DNA of 63,960 nucleotides, counting the filler, from Basidiobolus ranarum (Eukaryota): assembly GCA_040143965.1 (NCBI GenBank). It is 3 parts of 3 records of this genome, joined end to end, with 100 filler letters (N's around TTAATTAATTAA, not from the genome) between each part and the next. Parts side by side here need not be neighbours in the genome. Positions count along the whole stretch, not along the records: positions 1 to 22,728 come from JASJQH010007055.1; 2 more parts are not named here. The stretch is one strand, 5' to 3'. The notes below the pieces were generated by a model. The model did not search any database. It was not told where the DNA came from and saw only the letters and a list, made by a program, of their open reading frames with translations. Positions 1 through 10,942 of this stretch are shown piece by piece (the stretch's first letter is position 1; every line of letters starts with the position of its first letter). Position numbers and translations under genes: made by a program.

Positions 1-1
1 T

Positions 2-259
2 GTACCACCCAGTGAACCTTCAAGCGAACCCTCAAGTGTACCACCCAGCGAACCCTCAAGCGATGATTAAAGCGCACCACCTAGCGAACCCTCAAGTGAA
101 GCCCCAAGTGCACCACCCAGCGAACCCTCAAGCGAAGCACCAATTGCACCACCAAGCGAACCATCTAGCGAAGTACCAATAGCACCACCAAGCGAACCAT
201 CTAGTGAAACCTCAAGTGCACTATCCAGCGAATCCTCTAGTGCATCATCCAGTGTATAA
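2..259 (+). repeat. Coding-type 12-bp-unit tandem repeat (APPS/EPSS) forming the 3' end of a Pro/Ser/Glu-rich protein that starts left of the window
   Basis: Frame +2 reads VPPSEPSSEPSSVPPSEPSSDD* (TAA 68-70), then SAPPSEPSSEAPSAPPSEPSS...SSSV* (TAA 257-259). Third positions vary between units, as in a coding repeat. The minus-strand ORF 67-276 is its shadow. Confidence 0.75.
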
Positions 260-715
260 ACTAAAGCTATTTTCAATTTGGAAACACTTTTTTTATTGTT
301 AATATAGCACCAGTTTAGGAATGGTAAATGTTGGGTTTATATATATATATATATTATCATATGACAATAAAGTTGATGTTAAAATAGTGATATCAACAGC
401 AAGTATTCACACTTGTTACTCGGTATATTTAATGTAAGGACATACGGTAACGAAATGACATAAGGATCCTTTCACAGATGAAATTTCTCATATTAGGAAG
501 GCCCTATTCAATACCAAATATATATTTACATTAAAATCTTGCCATGGTTTTATTTGATTTAATCCTATGTTGCAAATGAATCTAGTATGGTTTTATTTTG
601 TAATGAAGAACCTACTGCCGAACAGTAATTCTGAACGGTAGTTGGAATGTAATGGTGGTTGTGAACCAGATCAAAGATTAATTAAAAATGAATATATGAC
701 AACGAGAACAACCAT

Positions 716-2514
716 CTACAAGAATTCACGAGGACGATCACCCTTACCACCTGCTTGATCAAATACAAGACCAGCTACCTTAAAGGCAAGCTCATCACAT
801 TCGTGACGTGTGGCAGCTTCGGCATAAACACGGACAACATCCTCGGTACCAGAGGGACGAACGAAAGATCTTCCGCTCTTGTATTTGGCGACTAGCTCAT
901 TGATTTTGGATTGTAATCCTTCAGGAGAGGTTAAAACAGTATCGGCTTTGGTGGTTTTGAAGATGGTACGGTCGTCAACTACTACTTTGACCAGACGACT
1001 GGATAAATCGGTGTATGCTTGATCCCATTCTTTCAAACTCCATTGACGATGAGTGAGAATAGTTTCAACGAGTAACATATCTGACATGGCATCACCAACT
1101 GCTTGATTGATTACTTCGGTTAAAGCGCGTAGTTGTTCAATAGCAGTGACTTGAGCAGGGGTACGGCCTTCGGTAGTATGAATGGTGCGCATAGCTTGTG
1201 GACTAAAGACAACAGTGCCGTGACCGTTTGCCTCGAAGTAGACACCAACATCATACTTCTCGGCCTCGTGATGGAGGTGCTTAACACCGGTGCATACACA
1301 TGAAACAGGGAGGCCAAGGTTCTTGGTGAGATATGCAGTAGAGTTACCATTAGCATAGGCAGTTTGGACAACTCCAACATTTACACCTTCTAAATGAGCA
1401 GATTGAACAAGCTCTCGGATATACATGGCAGCCAAGCCGGAGATCTTATCTCCATCCAACAATTTGAATGTTTTGTTATCTGAGTCGACGTAGAAGTAGA
1501 CAATACGATCAGCATCTCCATCGTAAGCACAACCACGATCTCCATACTTGAGAGTTAAACCGTGGGGGAGGCTTTGGTTAACCTTTACGAAATCAGCACC
1601 GCATTGGAAATTGAGTTGACCTTTAGTATCGATATCGTCGTTAACGATATTGATGGCAATGGTATCTTCACCAATAACATTAATCAAATCGCGTAATTTA
1701 GGAGCACCCACACCGTTGGCACAATCAACAAACAAGGGAGAAAGTCTAGGCTTGCCTTGGGTGAGTTTTTTGAATGCAGTGGCAAGTTTGTTGTAATATC
1801 CCTCCTCAGTAGGTTCACCATAAGCCTCAGGAGTACCGGCGGTATTCAAACAACGAACGATGTAGTGTAACTGGGGAGTAGTTTTAATCTGGTGGTCAAT
1901 AAATTGAGCATCAGAAGCATTTAAACCGTCAATCAAGGAGGAAACTAGGGCAGGTCCACTAGGTCTGGTATCTCTAGCAAACACAATTTTGGCAGGTTTG
2001 GTCACATCCACTTTAGCAACGGAAATGATTTTCTCTAGTTCTTTAACTAACTCTTCTTCGTTTGAAGCATTGGCAAGTTCGGTAGCATAAGCCTCCCAAG
2101 ATTGCTCCAACATTTCACCCAATGGGTCAACAATTTTAACACCGTTATCCTGAATAAAACAATGTAAGAGACTGAGGTATATATATATACATTTCAAATC
2201 AACCAAAAAATATGCACCTGTTCAGGGTTGTGGGAAGCAGTGATCATAATGCCTATGGTTTTACCATCAAGCTTTTTCGAACGAAGTACGGCTATAATAG
2301 CAGCTCTAAAGATGACGGAATCCAAAAGTTCAGCGCTAAATGCGAGAAAAGTTGATATTAATATGTGTGGCATACAATTGAAAAGTGGTTGATCAAATAA
2401 AAGAGTCTAAACATACTTCATGCGAAAACCAGCGGTACCATACGCAAAAGTGACGCCTTCTGGTTTTGGGTGGCTGGCAGAAGCTTGCTTGATTTTGTTC
2501 AGATCGAAGGACAT
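716..2514 (-). CDS. PCM1: Phosphoacetylglucosamine mutase (PGM3/AGM1), 3 exons (2514-2417, 2335-2218, 2149-716)
   Basis: [21 protein letters not shown] active-site loop across exons 2/3, DGDADR metal loop, FEANGHG, RPSGTED; GT-AG introns. Confidence 0.96.
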
Positions 2515-3157
2515 AATGATTACTTTAATGACAAAGATTCACTGAGTATAACCTAACGCAAGTCCGAAGCTATTTAAGCACCAAGTTGCGTGTATAATAC
2601 ATCTCCCGGGTCAGTACCCTTATTGGTGGTCAGTTCAAAATAGAACTTGATTGGCCTTGGCTGTATGGACCAAATGTTGTTAATGCCATCGAATCTTCCA
2701 TGTTGCCAATCAACATAAATATATGGCCACTAAATGCCACCATAATATATAATCCGTTGATTTCGGTAGACTAGGAGGAAATAACCAGGCATCCAGAAAT
2801 TAACAGTAATGTATATACATTACTTTATATATAAATCCATTCCAAAATCCAAAAGTGGAGTTGTTATCACTCAAATCTAGTGGCTTTGATATTGGGCTTG
2901 GTGGTTGTGGTTCCAACTACCCAATTATCACAACGCTAACTCTAAAAATAGTCGGCGCTAGGAGCGGAGGCAATGTGTTGTGTGTGGTGGTATACCTTTT
3001 ATTGATTTATATACAGGAATTGTTGATAGAATTTGTGATTGGTTCAAGCGGGATATTAAGAATATATAAGTAGACAACCCTATTTCACCAATGGCGAAGC
3101 TTCAGGTAAAACTACCGTTGCCATTACTACTACTGCTGATGCCACTGGTTCCCAGCA

Positions 3158-5498
3158 TTAATCCTTCAGTAGAGCTTGAACCACATTTCCAACACGCATG
3201 TTCTTCAAATCGGTATAGGTCTGGCCAGTTCCCACAAAAAGAATCGGCTGACCAGTGGTGAAAGTCATCGATAGAGCTGCACCAACCTATAACACAAAAC
3301 AGACGGATTAGGGACATTTCACTTCACTACATTTCAAGGATCTATATACCTTATCATCAATCGTATCGAATTTCGTAAGGATAATTCCATCGATGTGTCG
3401 AGGATTCTGAAGCCCTGAGAAATCCTTCAAGGCTTGATTGAACTTTTTCAGTTGATCAACGGCTTCGTTGCCAACCAAGGCTTCACCAACAAAGATGATT
3501 TTGTCAGGGTTATTTACCGAGACAAGCTGGAGAGAGCATACTAGCAGTTAGGACCCAGTGGGTGTGATCAAAAGTTTCCATGAGAACTTACCTTGGACAA
3601 TGCACGCATCAATGGCTCATTATCTTGCATACGTCCGGCAGTATCAACTAGCACGACATCATATCCATTTGTCTTACCTGGGGAAGATGGATTAGTCAAA
3701 TAATAGACAATATTGATAGATATTCTTTTCATACCATATGCAATGGCCTCTTTAGCAATGGTGGCTGAATCCTTGCCATAGCCTCGTTCGAAAAGGTCGA
3801 CAACCGCGTCCTTCTCAAGGGCCTTAAGATTACGAGCATGGACACGCAATTGCTCAACAGCACCAGATCTGAACGTATCACACGCAGCAATCAACACTTT
3901 CAAATTATTCTGCAAAAGCCAGAAGCAAGTCTTCGAGAGATTGGTGGATTTACCAACACCATTGACTCCAATAAAAACAATGCTATAAGGTCGGTTCTGT
4001 TGGCGTGCAACCGCAATGTCACGTAACAAGTCGACGGAAGTACGAGGAGTGAGAATTCTCTTGAGAGCAGATTCCATAGCACGCTTTACGGCCTTGGACA
4101 AACCTATGGGAAGGTACAATACACATCATTAGTCAAATGTGAACCATATACCACTCATTCAATCAAATCTTACTTTCAAAGCTTCCTAGTTTCTGGCCAA
4201 CGATGCTCTTAGAGACCGACTCGCACAGATGGGTAGAGATATCGGCGGCAACATTCTTCTTGATGAGATGCTCCTTCATTTGGGATAGAACGGGTACCAA
4301 GTCCTCTTCAGTGATCACCTTCTGCCCAGTTACTGACTTGAATAAAGACATGAATCGACTATCTGGAGCGGTAGTCTCTTTGTTTGACACCTCAAAGTCG
4401 CTCTCCTCAGACTCTGAAAGATCTTGAACTTCGAAAATTCCATCTTCAGAAGATTGCTTAAAAGCCTTTCTATCAACCTACGAGGATACAAACGAATTTA
4501 ACCGCTAGTTTCATCAGTCAAATGGTCTAGATTCGAATTGTTTACCAGTTGTTCCAAGGCGGGATTATGACCATGCGAATCTTTGTTGTCACTGTAATCT
4601 AGCCTATCCATCTGAGTTTTAGTAACCTTTCCATCATCCCACACTCGAAGCTCCTTCTTCTTGCTTTTCTTAACACCATCGCTAAAACGAAGAATAATTA
4701 GTATCTCTCTCCAGAAATTACTCATAGAGTCCATAATGCTTACTCGGATAGTACGGGTGATTGGATGGCTTTCTTCCCACGCGCGTTCTTTCCTCCCATC
4801 TTTGGTGATTTACGGGAGCGCAAAGCTTCAATATTCTTGGCAATTTCATCAGGATCCACTGCGTTGGTATCTTGCTTGATAGCTAGTTTGAATGAATAAA
4901 CAGATAATTTAGTATTGTCCTCAGAGTAGAGCATACAAGGGAAGAGTACGCCTGAATAAAAAATTATACTTACTTGACTTCACTTTGGAACCTTCTAAGG
5001 TATTGTTGAATTTCTTGGTCTCTTCAAAGCGTTTAGGGGCTCTAGTTTTTTTTGCTTGCAAATCTTTAGTTTCGACATGATGAAGAATGGTTTCGAATTT
5101 GCTATTGAATTCGATCTCGGGTAGGTCTCCCTCAAGCTTCACTTCTTGGCCATATGCTTTGCAAAACACTTGCTTCACAGTTTCTAAGAGCTCATCTATG
5201 TAGGTGAGTTGCAATATCTTTTGATAGACGATCTGAGGTTTGAAGAAGTGGGTTAAGAAAGATATTCCTTTTCGTGAATTGGAACTTAAAGATATCATAC
5301 CACAAATACGAGGTCTAACTCGTTAGCAAAAGTCCAATTTAATACGTAAGAACCATGGATGTAGCTATTATCGCCACCTCGTTCTTCGATCAAGACATCT
5401 TTAACCAAGGAGTTGATTGGGGAACCTTGAATAGGTGCATATGCTTTGGACCATAATACGATGCCACTTTTGGTCAATACTGTGATTAAATCTATCAT
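3158..5498 (-). CDS. SRP101: Signal recognition particle receptor alpha subunit, multi-exon
   Basis: N-terminal longin-like [67 protein letters not shown]; stop TAA at 3158-3160. Confidence 0.96.
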
Positions 5499-5850
5499 AC
5501 TGTCAATACGGACAACTAGGAAACGTGTGCAAAGTAACTGAGAGTAACAAGTTGGGAATTTCGAGAACTCCAATATCACTCAGTAAATTGTCCCTCAAGA
5601 GAATCGTAATTATCGCAATTAAGCTATAAATGGAGATTTAACCATCGAATAATTTGAACGGGAGAAGTGAATGTTCAAAATTATCGAGGTCATCAAGTCT
5701 GAACCAATGAACCACTTTCTATATAGATTTAAGCCAATAATTGGACGACGTGTAGTAGGGAATTCATTTTAATCAATTTGATATGTTTGACTGAGTTAGA
5801 CAAAGAAGTGTACAGCGATTCCTCTCTAAAATTGCTAGTCACAAAAATAA

Positions 5851-6099
5851 TCAATTTCGAAGGGGAAATATCATGTCTCCGGTAGCTTCATTTGGTACCA
5901 AGTGCTCTGGCTCTGGCTGACCCAAAATCTTCACCACAGTCAACCAGGTAAGATACGATCTAGGCTTGGAGAACTTCGAGGTGCGAGGGCCAACAGAATC
6001 ACTAGTAGGATCCATAGAGCTGGTGGGAAGAGCCACGCCAAGCACCCCTACGACTAGTTGCAGGGTAAAGAACAAAAGTGTAATGCGAATTCTTGACAT
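5851..6099 (-). CDS. Putative small secreted protein (82 aa), unknown function
   Basis: MSRIRITLLFFTLQLVVGVLG-VALP resembles a signal peptide; intronless; occupies the gap between SRP101 and APM1. No family recognised. Confidence 0.4.
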   Translation of the reverse strand: MSRIRITLLFFTLQLVVGVLGVALPTSSMDPTSDSVGPRTSKFSKPRSYLTWLTVVKILGQPEPEHLVPNEATGDMIFPLRN

Positions 6100-6556
6100 C
6101 GTAACAAAGCTTCCCAAGCTGCAGCTCGTCCCTTTTATTACTTACAATTGTGAGCAAGTGATTCTTAATAAACTCGGTCTAATTAGCATGAGACTGGATT
6201 GAACATGTCATTGGCTAACAATCATTGTATGGCTTATATTCCTTAGACCTCTAATCTCCGTGAGCAAATAAGGTGGGATGCAGGGTATTTCATCGACGGT
6301 AGATTGAACGGATCGATTGAATGGTTACTGAATTCATTTCTCTCTCCAATCAAATAATTTTATTTAACACCGTTTTAAAACTGATGGAAATCAGAATGTC
6401 ATATTAACGCTTAAACTAGGTGTGGTAAATGGAAGTTGGGGGTAGTGAGCAGTGGCAGTGGATCGTGAGTTAATATCATGTATATACATTCAAAGGGAAT
6501 GTGACTTTTTGCTTGTGATCGGGTTTTAAGCGCACATCATTGTAGCATCATCTGTG

Positions 6557-8500
6557 CTAAATAGGTGGCAACGAGCTAGGGCCCCCATTTCTGGTAGGCT
6601 CTGGCATGCGAAGGTGATAATCTAAAGAAGAACTGTGAGCTACAGCTAAGATAATATACAGACATACAGGAGATAGACTAACCTCCATTCTGAGTGATGT
6701 ATCTAACCCAAGGAAGAGCTTGGTATCCACTTTTCTCAACAACCTTCAAGTACCGAACTTGGATACCGGATGGAACGAAATAAGGGATTTCAAACTTGAC
6801 TGATATAGGAAGCTTTTTGTCCAACTCTTCTTCTGTTGGTGTAAGTATTGGTGATTAGTATCTGTATGTGGCATGTGATTGCCGTCGATATAACTAACCT
6901 CCTTTAACACTGGGGAGACTGAAGTGTGCGCGAAGAATGAACTCACGACTGCCAGGGAACTGCTTAATTTTCCATGCTATAGCCGACTTCTCTGGGGCAT
7001 ACGAAGCCGATCCCATAGAGCACTTGAATTTGGGTGAGGCAGCATCGTCAGGGACAGGAACAAGAATCTCTACATTATTGGCACTGGAGCGTCTTTTGAA
7101 TTGAGCCTTAGCCTTTAAACATATGGTTAATTACAGAGTCAAGGATTAAGAGATCAGGTCAGTGCGTACCTTAATCATATATTCGATTCTACCGGTGTGA
7201 TATTCGACGAAAGCTTCACACCAGATCAAAGGTTTAACCTACCAAGGGATCAGTAAAAGAGAGCAAATTAAACATGCCAACACCGTCCAATTACCTGAGT
7301 ATTCAATCTATAGCTCATCAATTCGAATTCACCATCCGGAGGAATAAACGAAATAGTTCTATCATTCTCAAAGCGTGACAAACGGACGCATTGATGGAAC
7401 TTGACATCTTCCATCTCGATGGCTTTTCCCTTACCAACGGCTTGGGACAACATACAGGTCAGAAGCACGAATTATCATTAGAGGATGCATGATGCACTTA
7501 CTTCTACCAATGTTCTCAAATAAAATCTTATCATTCAGGCCAAGTCTCAACTCTGGCATACCACTGAGGAAACAACGCATTTTGACGCTTCCAAGGATTT
7601 CACTTCTCAACACATTGCCATTAGCGTTGGCCTGGATAAAGAATCACACGGGATTTAATTATTAATCCTGCTAAATATAACAGTATAACATGATGCAGGT
7701 GACTCACCAACAAGTTGACCGACTCTACGACATCAAGAAACACTTCGTTCTTGCGATATCTAATTCCCTCGGTTCTCCAAGACACAGCGTTGGTAACTGC
7801 CATAGGGGGGCGTACTTGAACCTCAAGTTTGTAACCTTCCTGTGTAATATACCTAAAGAAATGATATCATGAGAATAGATGTCGAAATCACGAGGAGAAA
7901 AAGACTTACTCTTGAAGGACTTTTGTTTCAGTAGTTTGGGGATAACCAAAGTCCATCATCTCGTCAAGTAATTCATAGATGATGACAAAATTGTCACGGA
8001 TGGATTCCTCTTCAAGTGTCTTGAAATACTCTGTGAATACCTGTAAGAGAAGAAAAAGATACAAAGGGATTTGTTGAGTTTCGGAACCAATTCACTTCAG
8101 ATATCACTATAGTAAATACCTGAGTAAGCTTATGGAGAAACACCAATATGGTGGTAGCGTCAGAATTCTTTTTGGTAATAGCAAGGACTAAAATGAGGCA
8201 ATATTGGAGTTAAAGGATTCAAAAACAGGAGCTAGTTTTAAGTTCGAGTGAGTGTCGCATGACATTCCACTTTTTGGTATATATATATATTCAAAGGATA
8301 CGATAAAGATTGTTATGGCGAATGTAGAGATAATTGACTCCTTCGTGAGTAATAACTGGAGTTAGAGTTTGTTCTTCTTCCTCAGTTTCCAAAAGTAAAG
8401 GCATGAATTTTTCTACTGCCGTCATGGGAATATCTCCCCTGTAGTTACGAGAGATGAGGACTTTTCCCTTTAGGTCAAGGATGAAAACCGCGGAAGCCAT
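6557..8500 (-). CDS. APM1: AP-1 adaptor complex medium (mu1) subunit, multi-exon
   Basis: [116 protein letters not shown]. Confidence 0.96.
8188..8301 (-). other. U12-type (minor) GT-AG intron, intron 1 of APM1
   Basis: Minus strand: 5'ss GTATCCTTT, branch TCCTTTAAC (8209-8217), 3'ss TTTTAG. Splicing restores HNNLY-L-LAITKKN; read-through stops after RIL. Confidence 0.88.
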
Positions 8501-8855
8501 GGTCGAGATGTTCTTGAATTATGAGATAATCAAAAGAGTAGAAATAAGTCTATGAAAGTACTAAGAAAACCCGTGGTAGATAAGCTTCTCGATATGAAAA
8601 GAGCAGTAAGTTACGAAAATAGAATGTATGGCTCAAAGACTAGTCTTGTGGGCTTTTTTTCGAACTATTCAAGTATATACCAAAACAACCTCGGCTAGAA
8701 TACTCGAAAATTGATTCAAAGGATCAATAGTTGGTTGGCAGAAGTTTCCCTTAAGTGGATCAGATAGACAATATCGCAAGTGACGTAAAGCTCTGGCATT
8801 ATTAAAAAAATGGAGAGCATCCCACAATTTTTGGATCCGACAAAATCAATCCAGT

Positions 8856-8861
8856 TATATA
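8856..8861 (+). promoter_or_regulatory. TATA-like box upstream of the U12 snRNA
   Basis: TATATA 26 nt upstream of the predicted snRNA 5' end. Confidence 0.5.
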
Positions 8862-8881
8862 GTAAAGTGGTGGAAGTGCTT

Positions 8882-9028
8882 ATGTCTTAATTAATGAGTA
8901 AGGATAATAACGGATTTGGGTAATTCCAATCCTCATGTATAACATGAACCCAATATTTGGCGGGGCAGGTCGGCCTTGGTGATTCTGTGTCCAGTACTGG
9001 ACGTGGAGTCCCTCGATGCTGACCTCCG
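8882..9028 (+). ncRNA. U12: U12 minor-spliceosomal snRNA
   Basis: 5' ATGTCTTAA-TTAATGAGTAAGGATAATAACG resembles the U12 5' domain (human AUGCCUUAAACUUAUGAGUAAGGAAAAUAACG, from memory). Branch-site-pairing GTAAGGA at 8898-8904; hairpins GGATT..AATCC (8912-8932) and TCATGT..ACATGA (8933-8947); Sm-like site AATATTTGG (8952-8960); long 3' stem-loop CGGGGCAGGTCGGC..GCTGACCTCCG; 147 nt. Confidence 0.92.
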
Positions 9029-9047
9029 ATAACCTTTTATTGAATAT

Positions 9048-9872
9048 TTATTCGATTTCTATGAATCTCGCCCGAGACTTTGTGCGAATGAACAACTTTG
9101 TTCCCAGGGCAGAGCGAACCGTAGAATGTTTCTTTGGATCGGGTAGTGTGGGTACATGGTTGGATGAAAAGGGTTGATGCTGTGTTGAAGTCATTTTCCG
9201 CCACAATGTCATCAACTTCTTGGGGGTAAGGAATTTTGGATTGGTGAGATTTTTGGAGGGAAACAGAAAGCTGATGTTGCACTGAAATGTCAGTGGAGTA
9301 AAATGAACTTCAGAAGAGGCAGGCGAGACAGACAATACATGATAGAAGAAATCCCAATGGTGTTTCTGTTCTGTAAACTGAAGGTTTCCTTGTGGACGCA
9401 AGGGAATCGTCACGGATTTCTTCAGGAGATATTCAGCAAAGGGTGCCCTTCGAGTATGTTTCCGAGTAACCGGTAGACTTCCACCCTTCGGATCGCGTGG
9501 AGACGCTTGCTCAAATATTATCTGATCAACAGACAAGTTTCGTGGGTTTTTCAAATTGTATTTAACTGGGCCAGATTCAACGACATCGAAGACCACCTCT
9601 CCAGACCTAACATCGAACGTGGTAAAGTGCAACTTTGGCCAGTATTGCTCACTGCACGCCTGGTGCTCCTTTGGTATTAGGGATACTTGGGTTTCTTTCA
9701 AGAACTGGCTTATCTCTTGTTCCACGGCTAGGTTCCAATGTAGCAAAGATTTGGAGATGGTGAGTAAAGAATCGATATCTAGATACTGAAGAACTTCCAA
9801 CGCTATTTTAGAAGGGATTTGTTGAATTGGCGCTAATCGCTGCTTCTTCGTGGATTGTAGATTAGGAAACAT
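9048..9872 (-). CDS. F-box-like domain protein (274 aa)
   Basis: IQQIPSKIALEVLQYLDIDSLLTISKSLLHW fits the F-box pattern; intronless ORF. Confidence 0.7.
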   Translation of the reverse strand: MFPNLQSTKKQRLAPIQQIPSKIALEVLQYLDIDSLLTISKSLLHWNLAVEQEISQFLKETQVSLIPKEHQACSEQYWPKLHFTTFDVRSGEVVFDVVESGPVKYNLKNPRNLSVDQIIFEQASPRDPKGGSLPVTRKHTRRAPFAEYLLKKSVTIPLRPQGNLQFTEQKHHWDFFYHVLSVSPASSEVHFTPLTFQCNISFLFPSKNLTNPKFLTPKKLMTLWRKMTSTQHQPFSSNHVPTLPDPKKHSTVRSALGTKLFIRTKSRARFIEIE

Positions 9873-10230
9873 ATTACTGACTCCACTCTCAAGTTTGCCA
9901 CATCAACCGCTCTTTATAAGCATTTGAACAGCGATCCGAAATAATCCACTGTATTGTTCATGGATTATTAATGAGTTACAATTACTTGTGGAAATCTATA
10001 TGCACTTTCCCATGCACCTACACATGCGCCCACAATGCCAATCTGGGGTAAGCAATGTTTGTAGCAAATACAATCTACAAGCCCTAATACTCCAACTCCT
10101 GCATGTGACCAAAATATTCAGATTTATTCAAGACATGTGAGGGAATCATGGACGACGATAAATCAACAAGAAACCATTGAAAATAATTTAATAATTTAGT
10201 GATCTAGTGATCTAGTGATTCTTTAACACA

Positions 10231-10791
10231 TCAACTTACGCTCAACATATTCTTTAACAGGGCTGTTCGTAAAGCCGCATAGCTCCCGTTGAGGTTGGCG
10301 AATTTCCCCTGTTTCTCGAGATCTTTGACGCGACGAGCCATACCTGTAGTGTCTATCACGGACTCTGGACGTATGACTCCTTGTCTTTTTAATGAGTCCA
10401 TTTGAACCTTTAGAGCTTTCGAAATGGTGTCTACATTAACGGTGACTCCTTTAGCATTGAGCTGGATATTCTTCAACACAGTTGAGAGAATGGTTCGGGA
10501 TAATTTCTGAATCGACTCCATATAAGGTGGAGATAATACTACTCCTTGCATAGAAGCTTGTCGTTTTTGAAGTCGAAGCTGTCTTCCTTTCATTGCATCA
10601 ATGTCACTCATCACTCTCGACCGGTTGATTTGTCCTCGTCCGAATTGATCTTTGTCTGCAAGATGAGATGACGCTGAGTCCCGGAAGCTAGAGATATCAT
10701 GATACTTGGGTAATGGGGTCCCTGATACGAGTATCGACATTAACGGGATACTCACCACAAGTAAAGCTACCATGTTGTTAGCGAAGAACAT
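10231..10791 (-). CDS. Putative secreted prepro-protein (186 aa), unknown family
   Basis: Hydrophobic signal peptide (MVALLVVSIPLMSILVSG-TPLP), dibasic LQKR site, TATA-like upstream element. Confidence 0.7.
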   Translation of the reverse strand: MFFANNMVALLVVSIPLMSILVSGTPLPKYHDISSFRDSASSHLADKDQFGRGQINRSRVMSDIDAMKGRQLRLQKRQASMQGVVLSPPYMESIQKLSRTILSTVLKNIQLNAKGVTVNVDTISKALKVQMDSLKRQGVIRPESVIDTTGMARRVKDLEKQGKFANLNGSYAALRTALLKNMLSVS

Positions 10792-10890
10792 TTCAAAGTA
10801 GTAATTCTAAAGCGGGGGTAGATTCTATTCAAGAAGTGAAGTGAAATTAATCCTGTGTCCAGCACCAAACAGAAGTAAACCTGAAGCTCA

Positions 10891-10942
10891 AGTGGATATT
10901 CTGAGGCTACTTAAATAGTGGATATTCTGAGGCTACTTAAAT
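10891..10942. repeat. Perfect 26-bp tandem duplication
   Basis: AGTGGATATTCTGAGGCTACTTAAAT x2. Confidence 0.9.

Noticed and set aside
67-276. Minus-strand ORF with SLEG/SLGG repeats
   Set aside because: Antisense shadow of the plus-strand PPSEPSS coding repeat; not a CRISPR array (no unique spacers)
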